Source: Clostridia bacterium (GTDB lineage: Bacteria > Bacillota > Clostridia > Christensenellales > UBA1242). Taken from it: a DNA stretch of 39,986 nucleotides. The stretch's first letter is position 1. Each line of letters opens with the position of its first letter. The stretch covers positions 1-39,986 of the forward strand of contig JAZNEY010000024.1 of assembly GCA_045588795.1 (NCBI GenBank), read 5' to 3'. The translations under genes were made by a program, and so were the position numbers. Below the pieces are notes generated by a model. It was not told where the DNA came from. It saw only the letters and a program-made list of their open reading frames with translations, and ran no database searches. Below are positions 36,024 to 39,986 of the stretch, piece by piece.

Positions 36024-36746
36024 CTATTTACCAGACTCATTCGCCTCATTATAAAAGGCTATATGATGTGCATCTACATATGGGTTTGTAATCAAACCTC
36101 TATAACCCTTTTCTCTTGCATATTTTTTAAAGACTTTGAACGCAGACCTAATTTCTGGATACATTTTGTTATACACCTCAACGCCATAGGCATCTTCTGT
36201 TCTATCTTTAAGAGTACAAACAATCGCTCTTCTTTTTTTATCGCCAAAACTATAATCTTTCAAAGAGGCTTCAAGTTCAATCAACGCCTTTAGTTCTTCA
36301 TCATTTTCATCAGAGGCCTCAAAGAAAAAGTGGTATTCATTTCCCACACATTGAACACTTTTTACAAGTCCAAAAGGCTCGTGGCAAACACTTTCAATTT
36401 GAAAGTCGGTAGGTTTTTTACCAAACCCAAATTTTTTAACTTTCCCATCAATACCCTTTCGAAAATCAACGACATATCTCGGCCCGCCTGTGCCGGAGGT
36501 TATATCTTCCACTTCACTATACCTGCACCACGAGTCCTCATCTAAGATAGGAAAACCTTTAGTTCCCCTACGCTCGAAGAAGATTTCTTTCTTTTGGAGA
36601 GCGTAGCAAAACTTTTTCTCATCAGCGAACTTTTGAAAGCCATTTTCCATAAAGGCGTTAGCAAGAGCAGAGACCTCGACCGCCCAAGGGTGGTTAAAAT
36701 TTTCTCTTGTTAAGACAATATAAAAACCATCAACATTTCCTGCCAT
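36024..36746 (-). CDS. hypothetical protein (240 aa)
   Basis: ATG 36746-36744 lies 6 nt after GGGAGGG (36759-36753), with a strong promoter upstream. No family recognised. Confidence 0.85.
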   Translation of the reverse strand: MAGNVDGFYIVLTRENFNHPWAVEVSALANAFMENGFQKFADEKKFCYALQKKEIFFERRGTKGFPILDEDSWCRYSEVEDITSGTGGPRYVVDFRKGIDGKVKKFGFGKKPTDFQIESVCHEPFGLVKSVQCVGNEYHFFFEASDENDEELKALIELEASLKDYSFGDKKRRAIVCTLKDRTEDAYGVEVYNKMYPEIRSAFKVFKKYAREKGYRGLITNPYVDAHHIAFYNEANESGK

Positions 36747-36787
36747 TTATAGCCCTCCCAAAATTCAAAACATCTTTTATTGTAAAG

Positions 36788-36816
36788 ATTATAACACAAA
36801 AAGTACAAAATTTCAA
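36788..36816 (-). promoter_or_regulatory. sigma-A promoter with extended -10 for the 240-aa gene
   Basis: On the minus strand: TTGAAA (36816-36811), 17-nt spacer, TGTTATAAT (36796-36788). Confidence 0.75.
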
Positions 36817-36874
36817 GACCCTCACAAAATCCCCACTAAAATTTACAAACGCTCACGCTTTCCACTTTTAACTC

Positions 36875-36906
36875 CAAAAAACCGACAAGCCCCAAAAGGC
36901 TTGCCG
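36875..36906 (-). terminator. rho-independent terminator downstream of the MazG-like gene
   Basis: Minus-strand RNA reads CGGCAAGCC-UUUUGG-GGCUUGUCG, a 9-bp stem with one G-U pair (36906-36898 / 36891-36883), followed by UUUUUU (36881-36876). Confidence 0.7.
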
Positions 36907-36989
36907 ATTTAAAAGCGACCAATAGATTAATGTATTTTTCGCAATAGTTTAAAAGCAACAAGCGAAAGCACCATTTGTCGCACTAAAAA

Positions 36990-37289
36990 CTATTCTTCGC
37001 TCCCTATATGATTTTTTCTTGAAAATCTTTCTTTCATTTTGCAGATAACTTTATCAAGTACCTCTTCTGCATTAATCCCCTGCTCAGAGGCAAGCGACAG
37101 AAGTGCATATAAAACATCACCAAACTCCTCTTTAAACCCATCAGTAACTTTAAATTGTTTTTCGCCATAATTTGTACTTTTGAGTATTTCTTTTGAAAGT
37201 TCTCCAAGTTCGCTTTGGACATCAAGCAATCGTTCCTCAGCAGAGAGAGGAGATCTACCCTTGTTAAATTCCTTTACTATTTCTTGCAT
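36990..37289 (-). CDS. small MazG-family nucleoside-triphosphate pyrophosphohydrolase (99 aa)
   Basis: ATG 37289-37287 lies 5 nt after AGGAGGG (37301-37295). LLDVQSELGELSKEILK ... EEFGDVLYALLSLASEQGINAEEVLDKVICKMKERF matches the E-x2-E ... E-x2-D helical MazG signature. The upstream 18-codon extension in the ORF track lacks an RBS. Confidence 0.75.
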   Translation of the reverse strand: MQEIVKEFNKGRSPLSAEERLLDVQSELGELSKEILKSTNYGEKQFKVTDGFKEEFGDVLYALLSLASEQGINAEEVLDKVICKMKERFSRKNHIGSEE

Positions 37290-37345
37290 AGAAACCCTCC
37301 TAAATTTTATATATAGTATAGCACGAACCCACCAAACATCCAAAC

Positions 37346-37375
37346 AAAAAAACCCGACCCAAAAAATTGGTTCGG
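37346..37375 (-). terminator. putative terminator of the tRNA pair
   Basis: Minus strand reads CCGAACC-AAUUUUUU-GGGUCGG, an imperfect stem with one mismatch, followed by UUUUUUU (37352-37346). It begins 13 nt after the tRNA-Leu CCA end. Confidence 0.5.
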
Positions 37376-37387
37376 ATTTGTTTTGTT

Positions 37388-37474
37388 TGGTGCCGATGAT
37401 CGGACTTGAACCGATACGAAGTTTCCCTCGAGGGATTTTAAGTCCCTTGCGTCTGCCTATTCCGCCACATCGGC
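37388..37474 (-). tRNA. tRNA-Leu (anticodon UAA), class II with long variable arm, CCA encoded
   Basis: The reverse complement reads GCCGATG-TG-GCG-GAATAGGCAGA-CGC-A-AGGGA-CTTAAAA-TCCCT-CGAGGGAAACTTCGT-ATCGG-TTCAAGT-CCGAT-CATCGGC-A-CCA. All four stems pair and the anticodon loop CT-TAA-AA gives UAA. Confidence 0.93.
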
Positions 37475-37477
37475 ATT

Positions 37478-37551
<74 letters not shown>

Positions 37552-37592
37552 ATAAATGTGTTACCCAAATAATTATTTCGATAACACTGAAT

Positions 37593-37622
37593 AATATACC
37601 ACAAAAGATAGTCATTTGTCAA
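37593..37622 (-). promoter_or_regulatory. sigma-A promoter of the tRNA-Cys/tRNA-Leu pair
   Basis: On the minus strand: TTGACA (37622-37617), 18-nt spacer, TGGTATATT (37601-37593). The -10 ends about 41 nt upstream of the tRNA-Cys 5' end. Confidence 0.65.
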
Positions 37623-37654
37623 CAACTATTTAAAAGTTTAGAATTTATAATTAA

Positions 37655-38650
37655 TTAAAACAAGAAGTGCAGTCCGTAACCAACCAAAACACTAGGAATT
37701 ATAAGAACCGCCAAAACAAAAAGATTTTCTTTCACATTTTTATTTTCTTTAAAAAGAACAACAAGTCCAAGCCCAGCATTAACCGAAAGCCCGGTGAAGA
37801 GAGCCCCAAAAGAAAGCCCACCAAGAAGATAAAGCTGAGTTAAAACGACACTTGAAGCGCAGTTCGGAATAAGTCCAACAATCACCGCAAGCAAAGGTTG
37901 AAAGGCACTTGAATTATCAAGAAACTCAACCAAAGCATCTTCGCCTCCAACAAAATGAATAACCGCACCAAACACAATATTTATAACCAAAATGAATGCA
38001 AAAATTTTCAAACTATGTAATAGCGGGTGTTTCCAATCGAACTTTTCTTGTGCTATATCGTGATGGCAACAGCCGAAAGCAGAATGATGTTCTTCCTCAT
38101 TTTCTGTATGCTCCTCGCTCATATGAGGCTCCCAAGCCTCCAAAGCCTCTTCGCTGGCATTATCGACCAGCGTTTCTATCTGCTCCTCACGAGTATTACC
38201 AACTTGCTTCTCTATCTGCTCCTCATCAGCCATATCTATTGAATATGATTTTTTAAACAACCTTGAATGTAAAAATATTGCAAGGTAACCAACTAAGATA
38301 GCGAACACAATTTTCAAGGCAATCAACAAAAGTAGATATGGAATTGCTGTAATATCTGCAAGCATAAGAGGAATAGCCTCATCACTAGTTGCAACAAAGA
38401 CCGCAATCAGAGCGCCGATAGAAAGTTTCTTTTTCGAGAACAAATCAGTTGAAACGACTGAGAACCCACATTGAGGCACACAGCCAAAAAGAGCACCAAA
38501 AACAGGAGAGGCCTTACCGCTCAGCATTTTGCTTTTCTCCAACTGCGTAACACCTCGAAATTCGAGCACTTCAAGCAAGAAATAAACAGCAACCAAGACT
38601 GGTAGCATATATAAACTATCAATCAAAGCGTGCTCTAAAATGTGAAGCAT
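37655..38650 (-). CDS. 10-TM permease of the ArsP_2 / putative heavy-metal (manganese/arsenic) transporter family with a His/Cys/Glu-rich central loop
   Basis: ATG 38650-38648 lies 10 nt after AAGGAGG (38667-38661). MLHILEHALIDSLYMLPVLVAVYFLLE, the paired motifs GCVPQCGFS and LIPNCASS in the two halves, and multiple hydrophobic helices match my memory of that family. The central loop reads EEHTENEEEHHSAFGCCHHD. Confidence 0.7.
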   Translation of the reverse strand: MLHILEHALIDSLYMLPVLVAVYFLLEVLEFRGVTQLEKSKMLSGKASPVFGALFGCVPQCGFSVVSTDLFSKKKLSIGALIAVFVATSDEAIPLMLADITAIPYLLLLIALKIVFAILVGYLAIFLHSRLFKKSYSIDMADEEQIEKQVGNTREEQIETLVDNASEEALEAWEPHMSEEHTENEEEHHSAFGCCHHDIAQEKFDWKHPLLHSLKIFAFILVINIVFGAVIHFVGGEDALVEFLDNSSAFQPLLAVIVGLIPNCASSVVLTQLYLLGGLSFGALFTGLSVNAGLGLVVLFKENKNVKENLFVLAVLIIPSVLVGYGLHFLF

Positions 38651-38731
38651 ATATTTTGGTCCTCCTTTTATAAATCTATATTTTAGGGTACTACAATTGC
38701 AAAAATAAGTCAAACAATTTTAAAGTTCCCT

Positions 38732-39982
38732 TTAAAGCATTTCGCTAGTTTCAGTATTTGCCTTTCTAGCTCTTTTATGTTCTTTTTCAAGTGCACTTAC
38801 AAAATTTTCATTTTTTTCGAGTTTCAAAAGCGAAGTTTTAACAAGCGAAGAGATAAGTCTAGGGTCTTTTAGTTTAAGCAAAACCTTATCAAGGTCAACA
38901 TAGCCAAAAGTTTTTGGATTTTTCTCGTATAAATAAGAGTCTATAAATAACACTTGCACAGCACCCTCTTCACTACGATTATGGAACAAAACCCCAAGTC
39001 TTTTAGGGTCAACACCTTTTTGCTTTGCAAATTTTACAACCATCAAATCGACAAACTTCCTTGCCTTTTCTTCTGTGATAGTTTTCTTTTTCAAAGTTCT
39101 TTTAATAAACCCATCAGCAGATTGCTCTGACCTTACCCCAATCATTGTATTCCACGCAATGTTTTTATCAACACAGTCAGGGTCTCGGACATCAGTAGTT
39201 CGGTAAACATTATCTTTTATAGCCTTATACAAAATATATGGCGAGCAAAGTGTATAGAGCAACACCCTATTATAATTCCCAAGAGTAAAATTAAAAAGTG
39301 CCACCGCCTGTTTTTTTCTAAGAAAAGCAATCTTTTTATTTATCTGCTCTTTTGTAAGTTCCTCTCTTGCAAGGTCAGAATCAAGCAATTTTATAAGTTG
39401 CCGTGAAGCATTTATATTTGCTTGCACCTCACAAAAATTGGCTGAGTAGTCAATATAATATTTAAACAACTCAAAAACATTTACATCACCTGTAAGAGCA
39501 CTTAAATTCTCCGGCATAAACCTACCGCTTTCACGAATTCTATGTTGAGCAATATGTGTAAACTCGTGCAAAAGTGTATGCATAAATAAAAGCAGATTGT
39601 TTGTTTTTTGCATTGCTGGATAGATTTTAATAACACCGTAACTGCCACTTTTTTCAGCAAACCTATTTACCCTACCAAAAGACATAAGTGTATCAGCATT
39701 ATTCGCATCACTTTCTGCGTAGTAATATTCAATAGATTTTGGTTTGAGCCCAAGGTTTAAACAGCACAGCATACGAACGGAAACCAAGATGGCTTCTTTA
39801 TAGCCCTCGACTTCCGCTGGGTCAGTTAAATCTTCTTTATCTAAACACACAACCGCCTCTAAAAATTTCTCAGCCGACTCAATTTTATCACGAGAGAAAG
39901 TATTTTCAGTAGCCTCAAACGGTTTTCTTACCTTTTTATCCACAATAAGTTGTTTGCCCCCTAAGCCCTTTAAAAAAATCAA
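38732..39982 (-). CDS. HExxH-motif protein, putative zinc metallopeptidase-like (start uncertain)
   Basis: Long open frame ending in TAA at 38734-38732. LLHEFTHIAQH carries HEFTH at 39568-39554. The frame is still open at the window edge. Candidate starts are TTG 39982 (no RBS visible inside the window) and GTG 39943 (13 nt after AGGGGG). The T-rich sequence at the extreme edge looks intergenic. Confidence 0.75.
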   Translation of the reverse strand: MIFLKGLGGKQLIVDKKVRKPFEATENTFSRDKIESAEKFLEAVVCLDKEDLTDPAEVEGYKEAILVSVRMLCCLNLGLKPKSIEYYYAESDANNADTLMSFGRVNRFAEKSGSYGVIKIYPAMQKTNNLLLFMHTLLHEFTHIAQHRIRESGRFMPENLSALTGDVNVFELFKYYIDYSANFCEVQANINASRQLIKLLDSDLAREELTKEQINKKIAFLRKKQAVALFNFTLGNYNRVLLYTLCSPYILYKAIKDNVYRTTDVRDPDCVDKNIAWNTMIGVRSEQSADGFIKRTLKKKTITEEKARKFVDLMVVKFAKQKGVDPKRLGVLFHNRSEEGAVQVLFIDSYLYEKNPKTFGYVDLDKVLLKLKDPRLISSLVKTSLLKLEKNENFVSALEKEHKRARKANTETSEML

Positions 39983-39986
39983 AAAA

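Noticed and set aside
33200-37388. Integrated mobile element using tRNA-Leu as attachment site
   Set aside because: No integrase, recombinase or transposase ORF is present. By eye I found no direct repeat of the tRNA-Leu 3' end elsewhere in 33-37.4 kb. I keep it only as a weak hypothesis within the orphan-gene finding.

Overview
AT-rich bacterial window. Its expression signals are GGAGG-type Shine-Dalgarno sites, TTGACA/TGnTATAAT promoters, hairpin plus U-tract terminators, and tRNAs with encoded CCA. These fit a low-GC Gram-positive (Bacillota-like) genome, but the taxon cannot be fixed by eye. About 70% of the window (nt 2-28351, + strand) is one uninterrupted reading frame of at least 9,449 codons. 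It is still open at the left edge, so this is a 5'-truncated giant gene. The product is Tyr/Asn/Thr/Ser/Asp/Glu-rich and Cys-poor. It carries at least 11 divergent copies of the [YF]-x-F-x-G-W-Y ... h-x-A-x-[FY] signature of the InlB B-repeat / Listeria-Bacteroides repeat (Flg_new) fold, concentrated at 11.3-17.9 kb. Three stretches read as alpha-helical rather than beta-rich (about 9.5-11.3, 20.6-21.0 and 24.4-27.3 kb). There is one isolated CxxC-x9-HxCxC knuckle. The protein ends in a hydrophobic C-terminal membrane anchor with no LPXTG signal. Most of its length matches no family I can name, and it is the main candidate for something undescribed. Downstream lie a GC-rich double hairpin, a 670-bp hairpin-rich non-coding spacer, a 610-aa doubly membrane-anchored protein with three SH3b-like modules, and a 73-aa ORF with consensus promoter, RBS and terminator. 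The right third (31.4-40 kb) is mostly minus-strand. It holds a lipobox-bearing membrane protein, a CarD/CdnL-family regulator, and a divergently transcribed small protein with a DUF86/HepT-like HEPN motif (RNxxxHxY). Next come a roughly 210-bp array of degenerate 14-nt repeats and four unrecognisable small genes, the two larger of which have near-consensus promoters of their own. Then follow a small MazG-like pyrophosphohydrolase, a tRNA-Cys/tRNA-Leu pair, an ArsP_2-type 10-TM permease and an HExxH-motif protein running into the right edge. No CRISPR array, rRNA, transposase, integrase or reverse transcriptase was seen. All domain calls are by-eye motif recognition and need HMM or structure searches.
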